From contig CAMYKD010000022.1 in NCBI GenBank assembly GCA_947258885.1, forward strand, positions 9,324-73,323: a DNA stretch of 64,000 bases, written 5' to 3'. The first letter of the stretch is position 1, and each line of letters opens with the position of its first letter. A program made the translations under genes and the position numbers. Below the pieces are notes generated by a model, which was not told the origin of the DNA, ran no database searches, and worked only from the letters and a program-made list of their open reading frames with translations. Source of the stretch: an uncultured Kiloniellales bacterium. Lineage in GTDB: Bacteria > Pseudomonadota > Alphaproteobacteria > Kiloniellales > JAKSDN01. Shown here piece by piece: positions 56,387 to 64,000 of the stretch.

Positions 56387-57720
56387 GAGCCATCTCGGAT
56401 TCGCAGACGCCGCGCCATGTCCGAGGCCATGCGCCCGTCGGGGTCGATCTCGGCCAGAACGGCGCGGAACTGTCCCAGTTTGGGATACATCTTGGCGAAG
56501 CCCTCGGCCGAGAGGCAGCTGTCCTTTGCCAGGTAGATGCGGCCTCCGTGATCGAGGGTGATCGCTTCGAGTTTCGCCAGGAGGTTTTCGACGCCCTGCT
56601 TGCGCGGCAGGTCCACGGCGAGCGTATAGCCGGGGATTGGAAATGACAAATGCCCCACGCCCGCCTTTCCGAGGGTCTTGAGGACCGCGAGGGGAGAGGC
56701 GTTCCTTCCGGTCCGGACCGCGTCGAGCAGGTGACGAAGTGCGGTCGCGCCAGCTTCGAAGGGGACGACGCACTGGAACTGGTGAAAGCCGCGGACCCCA
56801 TAGAGGCGGTTCCAGTCCAACAGGGCGTCGAGCGGATAGAGAAACTGCTCGTAGGCGAGCCGGCGCCGGCGTTCCCGGCGCACGAACCGGCGGTAGTAGA
56901 GGGTGTTGAAGGCTCTGACCGACCAGCGGTTGAGCAGAAAACCCGGGCAGTCTACAGGCACGGCACGGGTCTTCTTTCGACGCTCGGCGATGTCTTCGTT
57001 CAATGGCTCCGCCGTCTCCAAAATGCCCCGGCCGAGCGAGCGGCCGCCGGCCAGGGCGTCGATCCATCCGACCGAATAGTGTGCCTTCTCGCCCTCGTTC
57101 TTCAGGGCATCGAGGAAAGCATCCAGATCGCGCACGCGCTGCTCGCGCAGCGCCACGGCATTGGAGGACACGCGGGTCATCGGGAAACAGATCGCCAGGA
57201 GGATCCCGGTCAGGCCGATTCCGCCGATCGTCGCGGCGAAAAGGTCCGGGTGCTCTTCGGGCGAGGCCCGGACGATATCGCCGGACGGCAGGAGCAACTC
57301 GACCCAGCGGACATGATGACCGAAGCTGCCGACCGCCTCGTGGTTCTTGCCGTGCACGTCGTTGGCGACGGCGCCGGCGATGGTTGCGAAGGCGGTTCCA
57401 GGACTGACCGGGGCCAGAAAACCGCGCGGCAGAAATACCTCGAGCAGGTCGCGAAAGGTTACGCCCGGCTCGACCACGATTTCGCCCGAGGTTTGGTCAA
57501 AGGCGAGAATTCGGTTCAGCCGCTCGCTCAGCACGGCGCGGCCGCCGTCGTTGAGCCCGGTATCGCCGTAGCTGCGTCCCGCGCCGAAGCCGAGCACGCC
57601 TGTCGCATCGCTTTGTGAAATGGCGGCCACGGCATCGCGCCGGCGTTCCGGCCGCGCCGCTTGGCAGGTCGCGTGGTGCGATCTGCCCCAGCCGGTCAGC
57701 TCCATGTCCTTCCAGGTCAT
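56383..57720 (-). CDS. FAD-binding oxidase, DprE1-like (polyprenyl-phospho-ribose 2'-oxidase)
   Basis: 445 aa. PCMH-type FAD domain (GAGRSYGD, TIGGAVANDVHGKNH) and a C-terminal ALO-like region (GGRIYLAKD). Confidence 0.8.
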   Translation of the reverse strand: MTWKDMELTGWGRSHHATCQAARPERRRDAVAAISQSDATGVLGFGAGRSYGDTGLNDGGRAVLSERLNRILAFDQTSGEIVVEPGVTFRDLLEVFLPRGFLAPVSPGTAFATIAGAVANDVHGKNHEAVGSFGHHVRWVELLLPSGDIVRASPEEHPDLFAATIGGIGLTGILLAICFPMTRVSSNAVALREQRVRDLDAFLDALKNEGEKAHYSVGWIDALAGGRSLGRGILETAEPLNEDIAERRKKTRAVPVDCPGFLLNRWSVRAFNTLYYRRFVRRERRRRLAYEQFLYPLDALLDWNRLYGVRGFHQFQCVVPFEAGATALRHLLDAVRTGRNASPLAVLKTLGKAGVGHLSFPIPGYTLAVDLPRKQGVENLLAKLEAITLDHGGRIYLAKDSCLSAEGFAKMYPKLGQFRAVLAEIDPDGRMASDMARRLRIRDGS

Positions 57721-57753
57721 GCGCGCGGACCCTTTCTAACGATCCGGGCGCGA

Positions 57754-58620
57754 TCAGACATAGATCAACCAGCCGAAAGTCAAGATCCAGCCGAGAACCG
57801 CGAGGATCGTGAAGGGATCGGTGAATAGGATCGCGGTCGGCGATCCGGAGCGCTCCTCGACCAGCGTGACTTGCAGATAGCGGAGGATACCCATCACGAC
57901 GAAGGGTGCGGTATAGAAGATCTGGTCGGTGCCCAGTCGCTCCATCACGGCGGGGTCGGTCGTATAGATCAGATAGGCGACGAGCAGCGCGCCCAGGACC
58001 GCGGATACGGCCACGTCGAGGAACGGCTTCGAGTAGCCGCTAAGGCTTTGCCGATGCTCGCCGTCGACCTCGATACTGAGATCGTCGCGTCGCTTGGCGA
58101 GCGCCAGGAACAGGGCCAGCAGGCCGGTGATGATCAGGATCCAGGCGCTCGGTTGCACGTCGATCAGGACGGCACCGGCCTCCACCCGCAGCACGAAGCC
58201 GAAGGCGATGATCATGACGTCTAGGATCGCGAAGCGTTTGAGGCCGAGCGAGTAGGCGATGGTCAGGGCGGCATAGAGGCCGACGACCGTGATGACACCG
58301 CCGGGTAGGGCGACCGCCAGGCCCAAGCCCGCCGCGAGCAGTACCAGGAACAGAACCGCGGCCACCGGCAGCGGGACCGTTCCGGCCGCCAGCGGCCGAT
58401 GGCGCTTGGTCGGATGCCTGCGGTCGGCCTCGCGGTCGGCGAAGTCGTTCAGAATATAGAGCGCGCTGGCCAAGGCGCAGAAGCTCGCGATGCCGCCGGC
58501 GACGGTTTTGACGTTCATGGCTGTCACGGCAGTGGGCGTGAAGAACAGGGGGGCGGCGACGAAGGCGTTCTTCGCCCACTGCTTGGGGCGGATCAGGGAA
58601 AGGATCGCCTTGAGATTCAT
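57754..58620 (-). CDS. UbiA-family polyprenyl-phosphate phosphoribosyltransferase (DPPR-synthase-like)
   Basis: 288 aa. MNLKAILSLIRPKQWAKNAFVAAPLFF N-terminus, Asp-rich motif NDFADREAD (NDxxDxxxD), 8-9 TM segments. Confidence 0.85.
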   Translation of the reverse strand: MNLKAILSLIRPKQWAKNAFVAAPLFFTPTAVTAMNVKTVAGGIASFCALASALYILNDFADREADRRHPTKRHRPLAAGTVPLPVAAVLFLVLLAAGLGLAVALPGGVITVVGLYAALTIAYSLGLKRFAILDVMIIAFGFVLRVEAGAVLIDVQPSAWILIITGLLALFLALAKRRDDLSIEVDGEHRQSLSGYSKPFLDVAVSAVLGALLVAYLIYTTDPAVMERLGTDQIFYTAPFVVMGILRYLQVTLVEERSGSPTAILFTDPFTILAVLGWILTFGWLIYV

Positions 58621-58704
58621 CTGGGTTCCGGCAAGCCTGCGGCGGAGTTTCGCTCGGGTGAGGCAACAGTAGCTATGTAAACCGGTTTCACCCAGATTGA
58701 CGCG

Positions 58705-60366
58705 CTACTCACATTCACCCCCCACATTCACCATCGACCATCTAACCAGCGACGACTTCTTTCGAAGGCAGAGAGTAAGCCCCTTGTAGCTCACTGAAAC
58801 ATAATCTTCCGAAATAATTTTCTGCCCCCCATAAGACGGGAATTGAACATAATCCGGCTTCGCTTCGACAACTGAATGACGAAAGTCGTATTTCGCGTGC
58901 CCTGGAACTCCTTTCATCCCATTCCAGGCCACAGACTGGTCTACGGCCAGGCGAGCTATATAGCCATCTGATTTTCCCAATGGATCAATTGCTTTGCCTC
59001 CCCAGTAGTAAGGTATCGTTCCTGCCCAGAATGCCAATACCGTCGCCTTGGGCTCCAGCACCTGACGGAGTGCCAACGCAGCGGATAAATTCTCCTCGTT
59101 TGAGTCAATCGTGTATGGTTGCTTCAGCCCTACGATCTCTTTTACGAATCGAGCGTTCATAGCGTTCATAAAGCCACAAAGCAAAAAAACCCCACTTAGT
59201 AGCGCGGAGAACAATATCCCCTTCCTGTTCTGCCCAACGTTTCGAAGACATGTGCCAGCAGCGATACCTAAGCCGACAAAGAGCAGGACCAAGCCCGGCA
59301 CGAGCTGCCGCCAGTAGGTCCACGGATCTCCTCCGACATATATTTGATACGATACGGAAATAATGAATGAGAAAACAAGCCCTGCCACCAATAGATTGTC
59401 TCGCAGATAAGTAACAACCAAAACTACAGTTAACAAGAAGGCTATCCCGTAGCTTTGTATAAACCCTTCCATCATGAAACCAACCCCATTTGATACACGA
59501 AGGCCGATGTCGTATCCTTCAACCTTGAGGAAGTAAGTATTGGGCACCAAAGACCCATAAAACTGGTACCGCCACAGCAAGTGGGCCGCCACCAATACTG
59601 CCAAAAAGATAGAAAACCATGTGAGAGCGATGATCGTCTGCCGCGGTGACTGCTTCAGTGAATAAAATAAACATATGACAATCAGGGGTAATAACACGAG
59701 AAAACCATCTGGCCTCGTGAAGTATGAAATTGCAGCCGCGGTTACAATTGCCAAGAGTCCCCGAACAGCCTGCAATCGACTTGTACTTACTCGCACCAGT
59801 ACAAGTACGCTAGCTGCGGCCATTGTCGCTAGCAAAGATACCTCCATTCCCATAAGCGACCAATAGTGTAGAGGATAGAGTGTTGCCACGAGCATCAGTG
59901 TTGTCAAAAAAGCCGCCGTGCGCGGGCGTGAATTGTGTAATCCCGATTTACCCCAGTACTCGTAAGCTGCGCGAGACGAGATTGCGACTGTCAACAGCAA
60001 TAGGGATAGTCCCGTCACTTGAATGGCTAGTGGCGCATTGGCCTTACCTAAGACAGCTATTGCTGCTGCCATCCAGAGTGTCCAAAGCGGATTTGAATAC
60101 CCCTCAACGGCTTCGCCCTCGTTCCAAACTAGGCCGTAGCCATTTACAAAATTAAGAGCATAACGCATGGAAATCATCGCGTCGTCAAAAAGAGAGAAGT
60201 AAGGGTCCCCGTCGATCCAAACGATTGTCCGCCCAATAAAGGAGATAGCCCATACGCCAAGAACAGTTAAGACAACCGTAAGAATATTTCGAGACTCCAA
60301 TGCGCCAGAAAAGAAGCTTTCCAGCTTGGACGAGTCCGACCTGTTGTCGCTCGGATTGCCTGTCAT
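58705..60366 (-). CDS. Large polytopic membrane protein, candidate GT-C-fold glycosyl(arabinosyl)transferase
   Basis: About 553 aa from ATG 60366 (AGGAG 5 nt upstream; the track start is 60384). Acidic first-loop motif ([21 protein letters not shown]), more than 10 TM segments, and a roughly 150-aa C-terminal soluble domain. The gene is clearly AT-richer than its neighbours. Confidence 0.6.
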   Translation of the reverse strand: MTGNPSDNRSDSSKLESFFSGALESRNILTVVLTVLGVWAISFIGRTIVWIDGDPYFSLFDDAMISMRYALNFVNGYGLVWNEGEAVEGYSNPLWTLWMAAAIAVLGKANAPLAIQVTGLSLLLLTVAISSRAAYEYWGKSGLHNSRPRTAAFLTTLMLVATLYPLHYWSLMGMEVSLLATMAAASVLVLVRVSTSRLQAVRGLLAIVTAAAISYFTRPDGFLVLLPLIVICLFYSLKQSPRQTIIALTWFSIFLAVLVAAHLLWRYQFYGSLVPNTYFLKVEGYDIGLRVSNGVGFMMEGFIQSYGIAFLLTVVLVVTYLRDNLLVAGLVFSFIISVSYQIYVGGDPWTYWRQLVPGLVLLFVGLGIAAGTCLRNVGQNRKGILFSALLSGVFLLCGFMNAMNARFVKEIVGLKQPYTIDSNEENLSAALALRQVLEPKATVLAFWAGTIPYYWGGKAIDPLGKSDGYIARLAVDQSVAWNGMKGVPGHAKYDFRHSVVEAKPDYVQFPSYGGQKIISEDYVSVSYKGLTLCLRKKSSLVRWSMVNVGGECE

Positions 60367-60428
60367 ACTCGCTCCTATCCTCATAGAGGGGCGGTTTCTA
60401 ATTTCATATGCAACGACCGTCGATTACC

Positions 60429-60450
60429 TAAGAGCCCAACCCGAAACTAT
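60429..60450. repeat. IS left terminal inverted repeat
   Basis: 17 of the first 20 positions match the reverse complement of the right end. Confidence 0.7.
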
Positions 60451-60508
60451 TTGAGTGGTTTCAGCGGGTTGTGTTTCTGTTCGGTTGTGAGACTGAACGG
60501 AGGTCACG

Positions 60509-61345
60509 ATGCCCTGGACTGAAACCACTCGCCGCGAGTATGAGCGGCGCGGCCGGCGTTACGCAAGCGATACGACGAACGCGAAGTGGGCGCTGATCGC
60601 GCCTTTCATGCCGGCGCGCAAGCGCGCGGGCCGGCCCCGCACGACGGAGTTTCGCGACGTGGTGGATGCGATCCTCTACATGGCCGCGGCGGGTTGCCAG
60701 TGGGCGATGATCCCCAAAGATTTTCCGCCGCCCTCGACGGTACAGCGCTATTTCTACGACTGGCACGACAGCGGCCTTTTGGCGACGATCAACCATCATC
60801 TCGTCGTGGCGGCGCGCGAGCTCGAGGGCCGCGCGGCCAGCCCGACGGCCGGCGTGATCGACAGCCAATCGGTGAAAACCACGGAAAGCGGCAGCATACG
60901 AGGCTATGACGCGGGCAAGAAAATCAAGGGCCGCAAGCGCCACATCGTCACCGATACGCTGGATCTGCTGATCGGACTGGTCGTCCATGGCGCCGATGTG
61001 CAAGACCGCGACGGCGCGCCGGCGGTCCTCAAGGCCATCCGCCATGCCTTCCCCTGGCTGCGTCATGTCTTCGCCGACGCCGCCTATGCCGGCCCCAAGC
61101 TCAAGGGAGCCGTGGAGAAGATCGGTGAGTGGGCCATCGAAATCATCAAGCGCTCCGACGGCGCCAAGGGTTTCGAGGTTCTACCCTGGCGCTGGGTCGT
61201 CGAGCGCACCTTCGCATGGCTCGGGCGATGCCGGCGTCTCGCCAAGGACTTCGAGAAGACCATCGCAAGCGTACAGGCATGGATCACCATCGCTCACATC
61301 CGCCTCGTCACCCGACGCCTCGCAAGGTATTGTCATGCCTCATAG
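60509..61345 (+). CDS. IS5-family DDE transposase
   Basis: 278 aa (MPWTETTRREYERRGRRYASDTTNAKWALIAPFMP, IDSQSVKTTESG, ADAAYAGPKL, RWVVERTFAWLGRCRRLAKDFE). Confidence 0.9.
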   Translation: MPWTETTRREYERRGRRYASDTTNAKWALIAPFMPARKRAGRPRTTEFRDVVDAILYMAAAGCQWAMIPKDFPPPSTVQRYFYDWHDSGLLATINHHLVVAARELEGRAASPTAGVIDSQSVKTTESGSIRGYDAGKKIKGRKRHIVTDTLDLLIGLVVHGADVQDRDGAPAVLKAIRHAFPWLRHVFADAAYAGPKLKGAVEKIGEWAIEIIKRSDGAKGFEVLPWRWVVERTFAWLGRCRRLAKDFEKTIASVQAWITIAHIRLVTRRLARYCHAS

Positions 61346-61365
61346 AGTTTCGAGTCGGACTCTTA
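61342..61365. repeat. IS right terminal inverted repeat (overlaps the transposase stop)
   Basis: See the left repeat. Confidence 0.7.
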
Positions 61366-61501
61366 GCCGACATTCCCGAGATGACATCCGAATTCGTGGA
61401 AATCGAACTGCGGTCCCGCCGCCAAGGGAACTGCATCTCCTTTGCACCCATCCGATGGCATGACTCCAGTTTGCGGTTTGGGTTCTGTATTCTGCGTTGT
61501 T

Positions 61502-61846
61502 GCGGCGAAGTACAGGCCGATCACCGTGAGGACACCCCCGGGGCAGCGCGATCGCGAGGCCCAAGCCCACCACGAGCAGCACCAGGAACAAGACGAAGGC
61601 CACCGGCACCGAGACCGTTCCGGCCGCCAACGGCCGATGGCGCTAGGTTGGATGCCTGCGGTCGGCGAAGTCGTTCAGGATATAGAGCGCGCTGGCCAAG
61701 GCGCAGAAGCTCGCGATGCCGCCGGCGGCGGTTTTGACGTTCACCAGAGTAAGGGCCGCGGGAGTAAAGAACAGGGGGGCTGCGACGAACGCGTTCTTGG
61801 CCCACTGCTTGGGTCGCATCAAAGAGAGGACCGCCTTGGCGTTCAT
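61502..61846 (-). pseudogene. Decayed 5' fragment of a second UbiA-type phosphoribosyltransferase gene
   Basis: Aligns with 58276-58620 (codons 1 to about 115 of the intact gene). It carries a 12-nt deletion removing READ from NDFADREAD, an AAG-to-TAG nonsense codon at 61645-61643, and a 1-nt insertion near 61540. Similarity stops at about 61502. Confidence 0.8.
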
Positions 61847-62019
61847 GTGGTGATTAGCCTAGATTTTGGGACGTATGCATCAAGGGGGCCATCCGGTCTA
61901 GTCGGTTTCCTGCCCATCGTCGTTAGTCGGGAAGCGGAGATTGTCTGGGTCTTGCAATACTCGGGACAGCAAAGAGCTGGACAGTGGCACGGGCGGGATC
62001 TCGGCGGGCTTTCGTCGGC

Positions 62020-63585
62020 TTACCGGGATCCCGGGGGCAGGCGAATCAACGCGAACCGCCCACCCGTAATGACGCAAGGCTGTTCAAGGGTCTTGCAATC
62101 CTCCGTCATGGAAACAAGGAAGGAATGGCCGCGCTGATCGGGCGGACAGATATAAGGGTCCGTGAACATGAAGGCCAGTCTCTTCTCGAAGAAGCAGACA
62201 TCGCGACCGCGTCGCCTCAGTTCGAAAACGGTTCCTATGGCCATTCGCCAGGACGTGTTACGCCCCTCTTGCCTATGGACTATGATAGTATTGGGGTTTT
62301 GTTGTTCTATGAAATCGGCGAACTGCTTGACGGTCGGATTGCCCTTGTAGGGGCTGGTGAAGGAACCGACGTTGACTATGGCCAACAGGAGCGCACCGCA
62401 GACTGCCAGGGTGGTAAAGGGTTTCGCTTTCGCCAAGACATCCGTCCCGGCGCAGGTGATTACGATGAGGAAACCCAGCACGATGCCGCGAAAGATGATG
62501 GCTGGATGCCAGGGGATCGCCTTCGGCAATCCGCTCGCCGCGGCGACGAAGAGGCCGCACATGAGCAGGAAGATGACAGCCGCCGCCGCGATCTCCCGCA
62601 TCATGTGGCGGCGCTCGATCACCGCTATGACGAGCACGGCGGCCACCGCGTAGATCGCTGCATCGATGGACCCGAGGTGACGCAGGGCCAAGCGACCGGC
62701 ACCTGCCAGACCGACCGTTGGGCCGGAGGCAAGTCTCGCCGTCGACAAGAGGACTTTGTCAAGATTGTCGGGATCGGCGCTTATCAGGTCGAGCACGACG
62801 GGCAGGACGAAGACACCAACGACCGAGCCCGCGGAGAGGAGGTAAACGGCCCGTCTGTCCTTGTGCTTCACAATGCCATAGACGAACGCCAAGGCGAAGG
62901 TCGGTATGACGAAGAGCGTCAGGGTGATATGACCGTGAACCAGGACCGCACCGCAGAACGCGGCCAGCCCTGCCGCCCAGGGCTGTCGTCCGAGGACGAG
63001 ATGCAGCAGGGCCAATTGATACGCAATGAATGGCGCGACGAGCTGAATCGGTATCCATGGGTTGGGCAGTACACGATCGAAAGCCCAGAGAACCTGCATT
63101 GTGGCGACGAGCGCCAATATCGCCCCGCGCCTCGAGTCGACGAGCCCGTAGGCGAGGAATGCCGTAACGCCGACGAAGAGTGCCGAGGTAAACAACGCGC
63201 CGATAAGATACGCATTGCCGTGTGTCGGAAGTATATCGCCTAGCAAGAAACCGAAAAGGCCGCGAACGTAGAAGAAAAACGGGCCCGGATGGTTGAACCT
63301 CGACCATGAATAATGGCCTGTCAGCAGGGTGAAATCCTCGGCCTTTTGAGTGAGGATCGCGTCTGCCGCGAAATCGTAGTCCAGGTAAACGACCGTTCGA
63401 AACAAAAAAAGGTTAGAAACGCAAAACAACGCGAAGACGCCTGCAGTCGTGACGGCGAACACCGACAGGCCGTTGATCCGGCCGCGCGCGACCATGTTCC
63501 GATACCAGTCCGCCGGCCGCACCAGCACGGACGGCCGGAAACCCCGGGCACCGGAACCGAAGGGCGGCTGTTGCATCACAGGCAT
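62020..63585 (-). CDS. Large polytopic membrane protein, second candidate lipid-linked-sugar glycosyltransferase
   Basis: 521 aa, more than 10 hydrophobic segments, an acidic loop after TM1 (VVYLDYDFAADAI) and a C-terminal soluble domain. No family recognised by eye. Confidence 0.55.
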   Translation of the reverse strand: MPVMQQPPFGSGARGFRPSVLVRPADWYRNMVARGRINGLSVFAVTTAGVFALFCVSNLFLFRTVVYLDYDFAADAILTQKAEDFTLLTGHYSWSRFNHPGPFFFYVRGLFGFLLGDILPTHGNAYLIGALFTSALFVGVTAFLAYGLVDSRRGAILALVATMQVLWAFDRVLPNPWIPIQLVAPFIAYQLALLHLVLGRQPWAAGLAAFCGAVLVHGHITLTLFVIPTFALAFVYGIVKHKDRRAVYLLSAGSVVGVFVLPVVLDLISADPDNLDKVLLSTARLASGPTVGLAGAGRLALRHLGSIDAAIYAVAAVLVIAVIERRHMMREIAAAAVIFLLMCGLFVAAASGLPKAIPWHPAIIFRGIVLGFLIVITCAGTDVLAKAKPFTTLAVCGALLLAIVNVGSFTSPYKGNPTVKQFADFIEQQNPNTIIVHRQEGRNTSWRMAIGTVFELRRRGRDVCFFEKRLAFMFTDPYICPPDQRGHSFLVSMTEDCKTLEQPCVITGGRFALIRLPPGSR

Positions 63586-63824
63586 TCTCTATCCGACGTT
63601 CCGCGGGTAGCATCCTCTTGTCCGTCGAATCATGGTGGCGTGACACGACGGTGCAAACAAGGCAATTTTCGCTCGTCACCGGCCTCGTCATCGGCATGGA
63701 GAACCGCATGGCGGCGCCGGCCTCGGGCCTACGGCGGGTCCGCCACAGCCTCCCGGCGAACGACTATCTCGAGACGGTCATGGTCGTCCGTCCCGACTCA
63801 CCTGACACGAGGCCGGAGGCTATG

Positions 63825-63849
63825 GCCTTGACCGATCGCCTTGACCGAT
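63825..63849. repeat. Tandem 12-mer GCCTTGACCGAT x2 (1-nt spacer)
   Basis: Exact copies at 63825-63836 and 63838-63849, about 55 nt upstream of the SDR gene start. Each contains TTGACC. Confidence 0.6.
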
Positions 63850-63902
63850 GGGGGTGTGCTCGGGCAGTTGAAGAGAATACCCGAGGTGCGACGGGAGACG
63901 GC

Positions 63903-64000
63903 ATGAACAAGATCGATTTGGGTGGCCGCTGCGCGGTGGTGACCGGCGCGGCCCAGGGCATCGGCCAGGCGGTGGCGCAGCGCTTCGTGAAGAGCGGCGC
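63903..64000 (+). CDS. SDR-family oxidoreductase, 5' end only
   Basis: MNKIDLGGRCAVVTGAAQGIGQAVAQRFVKSG (TGxxxGxG) runs to the window edge. Confidence 0.8.
   Translation, partial: MNKIDLGGRCAVVTGAAQGIGQAVAQRFVKSG

Larger units (their letters stand above)
60429..61365 (+). mobile_element. IS5-family insertion sequence (about 937 bp, single transposase ORF)
   Basis: Bounded by imperfect terminal inverted repeats: TAAGAGCCCAACCCGAAACT (60429-) and the reverse complement of AGTTTCGAGTCGGACTCTTA (-61365). Confidence 0.85.

Noticed and set aside
1-64000. CRISPR arrays, tRNA, rRNA or tmRNA genes, integrases, prophage modules.
   Set aside because: I scanned the intergenic regions (notably 25463-26538, 44087-44304, 46567-46779, 51392-51528, 61366-62019, 63586-63902). 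I found no regularly spaced repeats, no cloverleaf-like sequences and no recombinase ORFs other than the IS5 transposase.

Overview
High-GC (about two-thirds G+C by eye) chromosomal segment with alphaproteobacterial-type gene content: TAXI-TRAP transporter, GAF-domain PtsP, IS5-family element. This taxonomic placement is an inference. No rRNA, tRNA or CRISPR array was seen. Many long ORFs in the supplied track are antisense shadows or chimeras whose 5' ends overlap the upstream gene out of frame. I re-derived starts from overlapping stop/start codons and Shine-Dalgarno (SD) positions. Layout: (1) 1-2680, TAXI-type TRAP transporter, minus strand. (2) 2833-25462, a 22-kb co-directional, tightly coupled catabolic supercluster containing CoA ligases, acyl-CoA dehydrogenase, thiolase, a TPP enzyme, an IclR regulator, hydantoinase A/B, a three-subunit molybdenum hydroxylase, a ureohydrolase and a trimethylamine-dehydrogenase-like flavoprotein. 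(3) 25470-26540, a small AT-richer island with orphan ORFs. (4) 26539-32977, a soluble formate dehydrogenase operon whose NuoF-like subunit is fused to a GltD-like NAD(P)H module. (5) 32993-35445, a DUF1343 + DOMON-like two-gene cassette bracketed by diverged direct repeats of the 3' end of a DeoR gene. (6) 35210-44086, a DeoR-controlled carbohydrate locus: FGGY kinase, glycerol-1-phosphate-dehydrogenase-like enzyme, TIM-barrel protein, ABC transporter and an unlisted 54-aa membrane ORF. (7) 44305-48402, two tandem PTS Enzyme I paralogs. (8) kynA-kynU, a CDP-alcohol phosphatidyltransferase and an FAD oxidase. (9) 52972-63585, the most unusual part: a cell-envelope glycan locus encoding a mycobacterial-type polyprenyl-phospho-arabinose (DPA-like) donor pathway (UbiA-type phosphoribosyltransferase, DprE1-like, DprE2-like). 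It also carries two large GT-C-like membrane proteins, a spermidine-synthase-fold membrane protein broken by a 28-nt tandem duplication, an IS5-family insertion and a decayed second copy of the phosphoribosyltransferase gene.
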